Positions 25,834 to 38,529 of a stretch of 64,000 bases of DNA are shown one piece after another (the first letter of the stretch is position 1; the number at the start of each line of letters is the position of its first letter). A model generated the notes under the pieces. That model made no database searches, was not told where the DNA came from, and saw only the letters and a list, made by a program, of their open reading frames with translations. Made by a program: the position numbers and the translations under genes. Source of the stretch: Acanthaster planci. Lineage: Eukaryota. Location: positions 1,808,240 to 1,872,239 of the forward strand of contig NW_019091358.1 of the NCBI RefSeq assembly GCF_001949145.1, given 5' to 3'.

Positions 25834-28800
25834 GTTGTTTGTACTCCCCAGCCATGACTATCTTAATTACTTACAGTTAGAGCAAACATTTTACATACAC
25901 TAGTCAGAAAAACGCTTTTACTCAATTTTTCGCTGCTCGAAATAGTTTTGCTAACTTTTTCTTTATGAAGTCAGACAAATTGTATCTCAACTTAATATTT
26001 ATAATATGTACTTCAATTTAAAATATACAGATACATTTATTATGGTTCAAAAATGAATATTTCTGAAAAATCATTTTGTGAAAATTTACATGTACCCCCT
26101 TCATTGTCGTTCAAAAACACTTCAGAAAGTGGTCCACTGCAACTATGAGATGTGGCCAAAAATACAGAAAGTGGCCCTAAATATTAGGGTTGGAGTATGT
26201 AAAATTTTGAGTTTTTATTTTAAACATATACCATACACATTAAGTAGAGTCCCATCTTGTCTGTCCTCATCTTTAGGGAACCATCTTTAGGTTTGCAAAC
26301 GCTACTGTCACGTGACTAATAACACCTCCTGTATCCGAAACTTTCGAAGCCGTTTCTTCGATTTCCGCTCACTGTCGTTAATGTCTGTGGATGTCTACAA
26401 CATGTTTTTTCGACTTAACCCCTCTTCGTTATAAACGTTGACCACTTCTGCACGACATTTGATGACTTTCAAAAAAGTAAAGGACTGACCTCGTGCTCTT
26501 CATGTTTTTTCTGGGCACCCGAATTAAAGCTATCTGATTTAAGCGATGTTAGGTTTAGGGAATGGAAAGCTAGACATGCCTTTTAGTAACGTCTGGTTAG
26601 TATCTTAACTTTTCAAACCAACGTGTTAAGATAGTTTCAAATTTTCACAGTGATGTCCCTTGCCATGTGTGAGATTTTTGGCTCTCTTTTTGGGAGGGCA
26701 GGATGTGTCTCTTTGGTTACTTGTTTCATCTGTATACTAATTAAACTTTTCCAAAACCTCCCAGTGTATTTCAACAAATACATGAAGCACTTTTTCGAAG
26801 GTAAACAAATTTTCTGTTTTTTATGTGACCTTTTAATGGCATGCTGAGGAGGTAAGGATACTTTTGGGTATTTGTAGTTCCCCAAATAGTCCCCCAAATC
26901 TTCTGTTAAAAGTAAAAAAGAATTTGCTCGGAAGATGGTCACAGTTGCCCTGATCCACCATTGGTATCACCTGATATAAGATAAATATATAATGTCAAAG
27001 TCCGACTATTGGGGAACAAGTTGGACCCAGTGATCGAATTAAATCTTCGACCGAATAGTCTGTAAAGTGAGGATCTCGTCATGACTTCATCGAGTTATTT
27101 CTTGATGGCTCCGATCTTTGAAGTTTTCATCCAAGTAGCAAGCCAGCAGAGATTGCTTGTTTACAGAGTAGAGTGGTTTCTTTTTCACTTCATTGTACCA
27201 CATATCATCTACTGCATATACAGTTTGCAACGCCCTGGAGATTCGTTTTTGGCGCGGATGCTTCTACTGAAAATGACTAGGTCCAGCTATTTCAAACTTA
27301 AGGAAAACGTGTCAGAAAAAATGACGTCATGATCAATCTTCCATTGTTTTTGTATTGAAAAACTGCTTTAATACTTCCACAGACATAAATATTGAAAAAT
27401 AAATTTCAAAATGGACAGTTACATCACGGTGACCTTTCCTTTTTGCAAAATGCAAATATGGAATTTTTCCGCACATCAGGACGTCTATAAGTGACTGCCA
27501 AAATTAATTAGAGCTTTGTAAATCTGACAACTGAATTATTTAATCTTTTTTTCCCAAGTGGATGGGTTTAGGAAACTTTTGTTTTCTTCTAAAATGAAAT
27601 TTTAGAAAAATGTAACCCAAAACCTTTGGAAAGCTGCATTTTCCCGTGTCTTTTCAGCCATGGAATTTATTTTGGCGGTTTCGATTCCTGGTCTGCAACC
27701 TCCATGTTTTGATCTCTGTCTTAACCGCATACTTACAATAGAGCTTGAAAGTAAAAGGTCCCGCAGCGAGCTTCTGGAACCCTTGCGCGGTCATCTAGGG
27801 ATTTTACATGAGGTCGTCCGATCACGTTTGATAACTTTGGGAAGAATAATTCCTAACTGAAACCTAAGAAACACTGATGTCGGAATTTTACCTATAGGTG
27901 TTCCTAAAGTAATATTTTGGAAAAGTCACCGGGCAATATCATTCCTACGTCTCCTTATGCACATTTGTTTTTACTCCATGAGCTTACGTGAAAGCAAGAT
28001 TGTACAACGGTGCAAAGATTTCCCTACCTGAAGTCGATGGGTTCTAGATTCAGTCTAGTTGACCTGATGCCGTTCTAGTGAGCAACGGTTCGATTAAACT
28101 TTAGAATATGTCGTAAACGTAGATTATACCTTTATGTTTATTTGCTTATAAATTGCATTTAACATTTTTATTTATTTTTTAGCTTTACCCAAAAGACTAC
28201 CATGCAATATGATTTTGTAACAGCGCAAGAGACCACCGAATTGTACTGGTCTTCATGTATTTTAGATTTCAGAGTTAAGTGAGAGGCCAATTTTTGGCAG
28301 GATATTTCTCTTTTAGTTCAGGTAGTATATAAGTTTCTATAAATGAATATGCTTGTAAATATTTTGCAAAGGCCTTTCACCGAGGTGAAATTTTTAAGAA
28401 GTAAACGAACGGAAAAAAATTGCTTTTTCTCGAATTGCTGCACGTTTTTTCCTATCCAAGGGTTATGAAAGCACGTTACCAGGGGTCCACTTTTAGGCTC
28501 TAAAGCCTGAACACGCCGGCTGAAAAATCCGACCGGACGGCACATATGGAACACCATACTGAACCGTTATGTGCTTGAGTCGAAGCTTCCGTCCGTTGTC
28601 AATTCGACAGTGCATACCTCCCCACTGTATTACCCTCAGTGAATTACACATAGAGAGAATCAGGAACCGTACTCTGTGTTTTCGAACAAGTGAACAGATT
28701 GAAGTCAATGGACAACATTTGGACATGCGGAAGCTCCGAATGAATGCAGTTTTACAAAACCCGTGGCACGCAGAATATCACGACCCAGACACTGTACTAT

Positions 28801-30250
28801 GTGACTTGTGTACACATACAGGTGATTTCGTCACTTGTCTACAAACACGCGATGACAGAGCACTCTGAGAGCAAAGTTCAGGCAAAGCTACATAGCTCAT
28901 CGAGCCTTATTACGGTACTCAGGTACGTTAACCAACATGTATGTGGCGTTCGTTGGAACCAAATTAAGCACGTTGTACTGGACCTGTAGACGAAGAGGTA
29001 AATCAAAATACATTAGCCCATAAAGCAGGGAAATAGTTTGGTCTACTCAGCATGCCACTTTAATGCTGTGGTCCGCTCGAGCATTGTGAAACAGTCGCTT
29101 GAATACACAATCTTTGGTATTATTTTTGATCAGTATTATATCAGAGGTGGATCCACTGCCCTGCATGCTTATTAATGTCATGTACTTTGCAGGGAGCAAG
29201 AGAGGGAGATTCGGTCAAGGCAATTTATCGTATGGTGTCTACTGTTTTCACTAGTGGAAGAAACTTGGTTTTGCCGGCCAATGTAACAATTGAGAAGCCT
29301 ATCCTACTGAAGATCTGATGAACCACGGTGGTTCAACCACCATGTCAAATCCAATAGGAGCCCATAATTATGTGGGATTTGCACCGAACCTCGCAGGTGT
29401 ATGAGGCTACCTTGATATTGAGAAGAACATATCATAGCTTTCAGAGCATAGGAACCAAAGCTTTTCGAATTTCGCCGATGGTAGTCTGTGCAACATTTCA
29501 TGACCTACTTATCATGGCCCTCCGGGCATGAATGTTCCAATGCAAATTTTTCCTGCCAAAGTTAATTCACTTCATTTTATTTCCACTCCACAACACAAAT
29601 AATCAAATGCATATAACACATAGTGCACAGAAACAATAGGAAGTGGCGGGATTTCGTAAAAAACAAAGGTTGTTGAGTAAGGGATCTCTCAAAACATAGT
29701 ATTGACTGACAAATATAACATGAGAAACACGAGACTAGGGACGAATAAATAAACCAGCAGATGATGACATGTACATGAAAATTAAATATAAATTACATGT
29801 ACTAACTAGTGTTAATAATAAACCGTTGAAAGCATATATAAATAGAGTGATGTGTGCAGAGACTAGATAACTGAGCCAATGGGCAAGGTAAACATGGAAT
29901 AATAAAATTAACTGGTTTTCATGAATTTCCACGGACAGAAAAGAAACCTGATTGTCGGATTAAGGGGCCTTGGAAATTTTACCACGAACAACAGTTTGTT
30001 CCACTTCGCATTTCTTTGTTATTTTTCTCTCTATCCTATTTGCTCTCGAACCACTCATGAGATCATGCCTTGGGTTTTAACTGCAGGACTACACAATGTT
30101 CCAAACCTCAAAACAATGACAATAACCATACTAAAGAACCGAACACTTGCCTTTTCTAGTAAAAGTGAATGCTTCCAACACTACAAAAACATGTGAACAT
30201 TAGGACTCGTTCGTCCCTCTGTGATCTTAAGGAAGTCTACATCGGAGTCT

Positions 30251-33200
30251 ATGGGAGCCATGAAGCTGCGTTGGGGCATCTGTACCGCGGGAATGATTGC
30301 GAATGACTTCCTTGTTGGTCTCAGCACTCTACCGCGAGAGGAGCATATCGTACAAGCCATTGCCGAGGCCAGGGCCGTGCAACAAGCGAAAGATCTGGCC
30401 AAGACGCATGGTATTGCTGTCGTCTACGAGAGGTTCGAGGACTTAGCAATGGATCCCGATGTCGGTGAGTGAGATTAAGGACATGTATATTGGGGGCCTT
30501 TAGTTACGGTTTACAGGAAAATGGGTGGTGGGACGCAGGGACCGGTAGCATATGCCCGATAACGTACGCAACAGTAGATGTTATTGAAAAATAAATTTTG
30601 AACATACGTATGTAGTTTTGGTCTACAATTAAGTAACCAATTAATTTGCCAAAATGAAAATGTTCAATTTTCAATTCTCTGTGATTACACTGGCAGTGTA
30701 ATCACAGACACATTGGAAAAGCATATTCTAATCAAGCTTACTTGGGCGTGGTTTGATCATACAGCATCCTACTTGATGGTGCAGACGCTTTTTACTACAT
30801 GAGTTCAATCACAGAGCACTTCCCGTAAAGCTACCCTGAGGTTGACCTATCGAGGACAAAGAACAATAATTAGCGACTGACTGCCATGTGGATTAGAAGT
30901 TAGCCGGTGATTTTTTTGCGACCATGAGCAGCTGCGACGATATTAGGATGACTGGCAATACTTCAGTTCACACTTTAGTCCAACGGTCACCATGGGACAA
31001 AAAATCAACGTTTCGAAAGCGTTTCTGACAAGCAGGAATAAGTCGTAGTTGACGTGCACCAAAATGCCAGTAACGTTCCACGACACCCACACGATTTATT
31101 TATTAAATTTTTATTATTTTAAATTCGCTTGTCACAAGCGGCTCCGTTGCGGGGGTAAGAGTTGCAGGTCAGTCTCAGGTCGGTTTTGATTTTAATACCC
31201 GACATTAAATGTCTATTTTACAGTTTTCAGCTCTGATCCAGACTGTTGTTGTCTCTCTCAATTATCTAAAAGACATCGTGTACATTGCGGCTGTGAACCA
31301 GATGCACCTGCCGCTATGCAAGCTGTTTCTGAACCACGGGAAGCACATTCTCTGTGAGAAGCCGCTGGCTCTAAACGAGAATGAATGCCGGCAAATCGTC
31401 GATATGGCGAAGGAGAAGGGTGTTTTCTTCATGGAGGTGAGGGTTACGTAGACAGGACAAAACCCTTAGACGTACAACAGGCAAGCAGCCAAGTAGTCAT
31501 TCTCTAGATGAGTTTATTACATTAGTGGGCAAAACAAGAGTAACCTTGAGTCTTTTCTGTATGTCAAATGCTGTGTCGTGCCATTTTGGGAGAGGAATGG
31601 TATCCTGTTAAAAAGGTACTTTGCATGATGAATATTTGGCAATTGTTAAGTGGTAACGTTAAGCACCAAGTACAGTGCCAATGACAACCCTCACTGACTG
31701 ACGAAGGATGGGATCATGCAGAAAATTGTATGCAATTGTTATCAGGCCAAAAACTCCACTTGTGGAGCCAGCCTTAAAACACTGTGCACAGATCTGACCG
31801 AATTTGGAGGGAAAAGGGGCACTAGTCTCTTTTTCCAAATTAATAACACGTAATGAGTTGCGAAGACAGTACATCTACGGTCGTAGGCCTTCTACATGTA
31901 TTACCCATCCGAAAGTGCACGGTCAAAGCTCTGTCAACCATGGATGCAAAAACAGGGCCTCGTCTCCCAATAAATGCTCAAACTACACTGCCTTCCTCTA
32001 CACGGAGATCTGAACGAAGGCTGATTTAATTATTATTTCGATAAGCGTCAAATGTGAGCTTTTCCCTGGATTGCAGGGCTGGTGGTCACGGTTCTTCCCG
32101 GCTGCTGCCAAGCTGCGAGAACTGATTACAGAACGGGCAATCGGAGAGGTCAGATTTATGCAATGTGCTATGGGTTTCTTAACCGACTTTAAAGATAGAC
32201 TCAAGAAAAAAGGTGAGTAACAAGATCAATTGATTAAACAAGTGATACAGAGAGACTAGTGTCTTTTACCTCAGCATACCGATATACTACAGCATAACCC
32301 CTTTGGGTGTATTAAAATCATATCGAAATCGTTGAATTGAGAACTGTTAGGGTTAACGGCTTACTGTTCTAGCTGAAAAAAAAACTTTTTTTTTCATTTC
32401 CGCGGTAACGTATTAACCGTCGTGGTTGGTTTGGTCAAAACGTGGAAGACAATCAAATGAGCGGACGCTGCTATTAAGTAGCCCAACCTGAACTGACCAT
32501 TAAACGGAAATGCCTTTCTGGGGAGATTAGAATTGATTGGGGAGACCACACCATAACTAAAGGAGCTAAGGGATAACGGAGCCCCTTTGTTTGGCTAAGT
32601 CGATTTGCTAGGGAGCAAAACCACACAGAAGAAATAAGGTTAAAATTAGCAACTCCTTTGTATCGAACCAATTGGCCAAAAAACACAAGTGGCCACGGGT
32701 GACGCCTGTTTACGCTATGGACCTTTCGTATGTGAATCGGTTGATGTGCAGAGGACACTTGCCACAACTTTTACTAGGACAAGTGAAAAAAAATGAAATA
32801 GAATAAAAATACCAATGCCTTTACTGAAGAGCTGTGCCTCCCAACATATTTATGAGCGTCATAAATAAATTGCAAAGTTGAGGAATTTTCAGGCAAAAAA
32901 CCCGTCCGCAGCAGCTTTTTCGGGTTAGAAAATCCGACGTTAACTGGCTATTATCGTGACGTATATTGTATCTTTTTGTCGTTATGCATTTCTCTTATAA
33001 ATCGCATTTAGCCAACTTACGTTCAGTTGAACCTTAGTTGTAACTCCTCTCCTGTTATTAAAATACACCGTTTCTTAAAACAACAACGATTGTCAGTTCA
33101 TGTATAACTTCACAAAACAGATAAATTGTTAAGAAACTTACCTACCGATACTTCCAAGAGATATTCCAAATGCAAATGTTGCAAAGGAAATATTTTTCAC

Positions 33201-36200
33201 TAGACCGAGGGATTGTGGACTGGTAAGCACGTAATTCCCGGGTTGTAAACTTGGTCTTCATTTGAAGACACAGTGAACTGTGGTTCCAAAATTAGCTGCT
33301 CGCCAAACTTACTTGTTGGTGGCTTCGAGGGTCCCCTCTCTGCACAGTCATATCAACCGGTGACTTGAATGTATCATGCCTCCAAGCTAATTTTTATGTA
33401 CAGATCTATTTGGACTTCCGAGGTAATGAAGACCGTGTGTGTACTCCCTCCGATCCAATTGAAAGTGTAGGCGGCATGCCTCTGCGTGTGACGTAATATG
33501 GCACGCACTCTGCATTTGAAGAAAAATGGATGTGCACACACAGCCAAAGTGTTGCACAATTAACAGCTTGGGTCAGCTGGACACTGCAACCCAACTCTGG
33601 ATTGAATCATCTCACAGCTCAAAGCATTAGTAAAAACGTTTTGTTCTCTTTTACAGTGGACAACAGTGGTGGAGATTCTTCGCCTCCCCTCCCATTGGAA
33701 TTAAACAATATCCGCTTTGTCTTCGTTTTTTCTTAACAGAAGGGTCGGTCATATTGGTAAAGGTCTCCTCGTCTCCCACGTTTGGCAGTCTCTAACCCAC
33801 ACTAATTATTACCAACGCTGAATCCCATCATGCAATATCCACATTGCAAGACCAACGCCCCGGGGTACCTTTCTTGACTTACTGTTGCAATACAAATATC
33901 TTAAAACTTAATGAAGTTACACCGGTGGCACTGTTTAACTCCTTATTTGGACTTTCAAGCACATGTAGGATAAAAACTGGAGAAAAGAGTGTGCCTAAGA
34001 GTTGACTTGGCTCGAATGATGAACCAGCTGCTAGATAAAAATAAATAAATAAATAAAGTAATCATAATGATACATGTATTCTTCTTGTTGAATAAATGCA
34101 AAATGAATAATTTAACGCCCATGACTTCTGAGTACCTTTAAACATATTCAACATAAATTGCATAGGCTATCCGTTCGTATACAGAGTTCGGTGGAGGTAT
34201 TCTTCTGGACAACGGGATCTACCCTTTAAGCCTGGCGCTCATGGTGTTTGGTCAACGTCCGGTGTCGTGCAGCGGAAGTGGATTTCTTGCAGACTCGGGT
34301 AGAAGGCATTCCTAATAATTTTTTTCGTTTCGGTCTTCTTTCACTGTTTTCATTTGTTAATTTTTCCGAGACGATAATTCATGGTTGCAAAATGTTCAAT
34401 GGTGTTCAAATGGTGTAGGCCTACTTTACCACCACTTCTTCCATTTGCCGCAGGCTGTCCTCAAAATTACATAACAGACATACAATATGATACAAATTCT
34501 TTGCAACCTGCATTGCCTAAGGAAACTTAAAATACCGATCCAGTACACATCATCAAAGCTTCACTTATGGTCGCACTTTAAAAAGTTGAATCCATCTGGG
34601 GAAACAAAAATATGTTTTTTTAATGAAAAAAATGCATTCTCTTGGTATCGTTGTGCAATTCTTATCTCGTAATTTTTACATAGGGGTTGATGAAACCTGT
34701 ATGATAAGTATGCTGTTCCCAAACAAGGCAGCTGCTTCACTGTCACTGAGTATGGTTGTTGCGCTTCCCAATGAGGTCAACATCCAAGGCACCAGAGGTC
34801 ACATCAAGGTACATGTACATGTTTGTTCTAGAACGTGTTCCGAAATATAACAAAGGACAGAATGTGTTGAACACTGAACAAACTAACTTATTCGCAGTTT
34901 TCAACCTACTCCTAATACACTTCATCCATAATTGGGGCAGTTACTCCGTGAAATTACAAAATAAACTGGTTCATCCGAAAACTACAAAAAGAGTGCGGCT
35001 TTATGAAATCAACACTGCCCTGTAATAGAAATTATAAATGAAAAACGAAGTCAAACAAAATAAAAGAAAAAAAAATGAACAGAAAAGAACAAGGGTTAAA
35101 TCTAATAAGTTAAAAAATTAATACTCAGAGTTACAGGGGGTGCACGTAATGTCTATTTAATCCCGGTTTGAAAATACAACAGATACCAACTCCTTTTTGG
35201 GTGCCAACAAAATTGGAAGTAACCACGCAATCAGATGTGGAAAGCCCCTTTAAAGTAAAGGAGAAGACAGAGACGCTGGAGTTTCCCCTTCCAGTCAGCG
35301 ATCTTCCTCAGAATTATCCCCATGCCGTGGGTATGAGTTACGAGGCCGAGGCTGTGCGACAGTGCATCACAAGAGGTATAAACCCAAAAACTAATACATG
35401 AGACTTGACATCAAATCATAGGCACCTCGAGTATTTGCCCCAGGAAAAGGGGGAGCGGCAGCACTTTTTGCAGAGGAGGGGAAGCATTCATCAGCAGCAA
35501 ACTGCTCTTCGGTAGTTTTAAGCGAATTGGTGATTTTATCCCGTTTCCTCCCTTTTTGCCCGTTTTTCTTTCCGCCCCCTCCCCTTTGCAACGTCCAGGC
35601 GTCAAAGAAGACGTGCAGGTGATATTACTCGCCCCTTGAGTATTTTTCGGTGAGCAACATGCACATGCAATGTGTGTGCTGTACGAAAAGGTGGCTCTAG
35701 ACAAAAGTAGGCATGCCAAATCAGTTAGGTGGGTAGGCTTCCACGTCCCATGTACCTCAGAATAGGCCAACAATGTGCTGACAAGTCAGTCTCATGTAAG
35801 CAAGACAGACAAAACAAAATGACGCAAGCATCGCTTTCCAACTGATAATAATGTGTGAAAACGCCACCAACGAGAGCGTTTCCAGCATGGGGCAAGCTGA
35901 AGGAAACCTTATTTCTTTCATCGATGTACCGTAATCAGTCTTCACTTATGTTTGACTTGTGATGTTTGTGAATGGGATTGAAATGACTAATTCAACAAAC
36001 ATTTTCGACACTCAAATTAAGTAATGGAACTAAATGACAATCAATTTGCTTCCCGCACTAAGAGCAATTAGTGGACGAAGTGTGCCGGTGAAGCATTATA
36101 AAGTTTTTATATACCTCACTTGAAATCAACCCACTGTCTTTTTACATAGTGTTGCAATTAAGACTGGGTAAATCCCTTCTCCGAACATCAGTTTTAGTCT

Positions 36201-36605
36201 TAGATTATGACTGTGAGTGTTAATATCAGATGCCCATTTCATACGAGGTTGAGTTTCTTCGAAGTTTTATATTATCTGTTTAGTTAATAAGATAACTCTT
36301 AGACATGTATATTTGAATTGGTGGTGTATGTATTTAAGCAAGATAATTTCGGACGGAAAAGAAAATGACTGGTTCTTGCATTAAACCTGCGCCGTGCATA
36401 ATACCCATTTCCACAATGCAATGAGAATATCAAAAAGGCTACAGGCAAGAAATATGAATGGTAACCCGTGTGTTATTCGTTTGTACTCTTTAAAGGCGAC
36501 AAAGAGTGTTCCCTTGTCCGCCATGAAGACAGCCTTTATATGGCAGCGCTACTGGAAAAATTACGCCATGATTTGGGGTACGTGTTGGAAGGTGATGCCA
36601 TTTGA
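30251..36605 (+). CDS. DHDH: Trans-1,2-dihydrobenzene-1,2-diol dehydrogenase / D-xylose 1-dehydrogenase-like (Gfo/Idh/MocA family), ~351 aa, 7 exons
   Basis: Exons: 30251-30464, 31273-31436, 32077-32212, 34185-34298, 34684-34808, 35183-35375, 36496-36605. GT-AG introns, consistent phases, 1056 nt. Motifs LRWGICTAGMIANDF (Rossmann), GKHILCEKPLA, FFMEGWWSRFFP, GGGILLDNGIY, GVDE, FWVPTKL, GMSYEAEAVRQCI. Confidence 0.93.
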
Positions 36606-38111
36606 CGATCCAGGAAGTAACGTGGAAAGGAGAATAACCGTTAGTAATGAGACCACCGGCACATTTCATCAATTTCTCAAACGAACAATCAGACAAACAA
36701 CTCGAGGTGGCTGATTTTCCACGTGGCATGTCACCTTTATATGGAGTTTGATCTGTCATTCTCAGTTGTTCAAGCTTAAAGTGAAAAATTAAACACACAT
36801 TCACATGAAAATGTTACAAGCAAGCACACATATGTGGTAGGGAGTAATGGATATAGGGATTACACTGGAACCACGTGCACTTTAAGATTCTGAAAGGAAA
36901 CAGTTTCAAGTAACGATAATCTACAAATTTGTAAAGTTTAATGTATTATTGTATTTGTAATGGTTATCTCTCCAAAAATTTTAAGGCCACAAATAGCTGT
37001 AAAGTGATATAAAATCCACGATGTTTTGATAAGAATAAAATGTATCAATAATTCTATTGTCAAAATGCTTTCAAACCACATGCACTTTAAGACTGTGTAA
37101 GGAAATGCATTAATGCAATACGTTTTAAGCAACTATAATCTATAGATTTGTAAAGTTTAAATGTATCACTCTTTTTATAATGCTTATCTTTCCGATCAGT
37201 GTGAAGTTGAATTTTATTTAAGGAAGGGATTTTGCAAATTCAATATCACCCCTATAGAGCATCGTAGTATGATCCAAATAATAATTATGGTGGCTGTTCC
37301 GAGTGGAGTGGTGAAAGGGATTTTCGTAAACAAAAAGTACGATTTCCACACGTTAAACCTCCCGTATTTCAAGACATAAGTTCTTCTTTACTTATTATTA
37401 TTAGTGAATCAACTATAAGAATGGAGTTTGAGACTTTCATTGACGTGTAAACTGACGTAAAAGTGCAGTCATCAAGCACGATAGTGCGCGCACGTGCATT
37501 ATCATATAGGCCTACTCGTTCACGGACGTGATCGACTGCGTACCCGGATGACGTTTTTTCCTGAATCTGCAATGCTACATTGTCGAGCAGGCGCATTACT
37601 CAAAGGTAAATTCACTGATTACTCCTGGCTGTTGAAACTGCTTCTTTTTAAGGGAATGAGAACCCGTCATGCCTGTTTCCTACCCTGACCCCGCGGATGT
37701 TGCTCGCTTTCTACGAACTCCCTGTAATGCATAGATTTTACGCAAGACAAATTACGCGCTGTTTTTCTCGATTTTTCACAAAGCAATAGACTCAAGCGTG
37801 AAACAACTCCGTGGAATGTAAGTTACAGTGAATATTACACACCGTAACCAGTCAATCTAGTTGAATTACCACAAAAAACGAATGTTGTTCACTACCTTTA
37901 ATGGTGTTTGAAAGCAACTTTACATTGAATTGTGGTTTGGAATGAACAGAATTTTAACATTTGTCACATCGATGCCCCAAATTCCTCCGACAAAGTTCGT
38001 TATACTGGACTTATAATACACCCTTCAGCATTACAATAGTAATGTAATTAAAAAAAGAAGAGTGGAACAAACTATATAGAGAAACTGACTAGGTGCTTAC
38101 ATATAATTATA

Positions 38112-38220
38112 AAGATGAACAAAGAAATTGACTGGAGTGGGATTTAAAACTGCGACCTCCAGTGGTATTCCGGAGGTCGCAGGTTCAAATCCCGCTCCAG
38201 TTAATTTCTCTGTCCATCTT
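38112..38220. repeat. Inverted repeat (49-bp arms, 11-nt loop) built from tRNA/SINE-like B-box sequence
   Basis: Arms 38112-38160 and 38172-38220 pair with 6 mismatches. The right arm contains ggaggtcgcaggttcaaatcccgct, which resembles a T-arm/B-box. Confidence 0.8.
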
Positions 38221-38529
38221 CATAAAGAAAAAACGGTTAGAAACCTACACAGAAATAAGTGTTCTCCGAATCTCTCTTCTAACGATAAAATTGCTAGGTA
38301 AGTTAAACCCCAACAATGATTCACTGGAAATTTAATTTGAAAACGATTAACCCAAATAGATAGCGCTGCTCTGAGCGGTTATATAGGCAAAGAAATACGT
38401 AATTGGGATGACCAGTGTGAAGGGCAATGAGAGAAGATGCTCAGGGTATCTGACCATACTCCCACCTGCGCAAAACGGATGACGACACTCCCTATCATAA
38501 TGTAATAGTAACTGAAATTTAAACATTAC

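Noticed and set aside
29190..29410. Possible decayed SRCR-like exon (RFGQG...GAHN...AGV)
   Set aside because: The cysteine pattern is absent and there are stops in all frames; likely chance.
37369..37511. GLYDN.. segment as a possible last exon of the MCT pseudogene
   Set aside because: Only a 4-5 residue resemblance to GWIYD, the remainder is not similar, and the apparent acceptor is created by a TAGGCCTA word.
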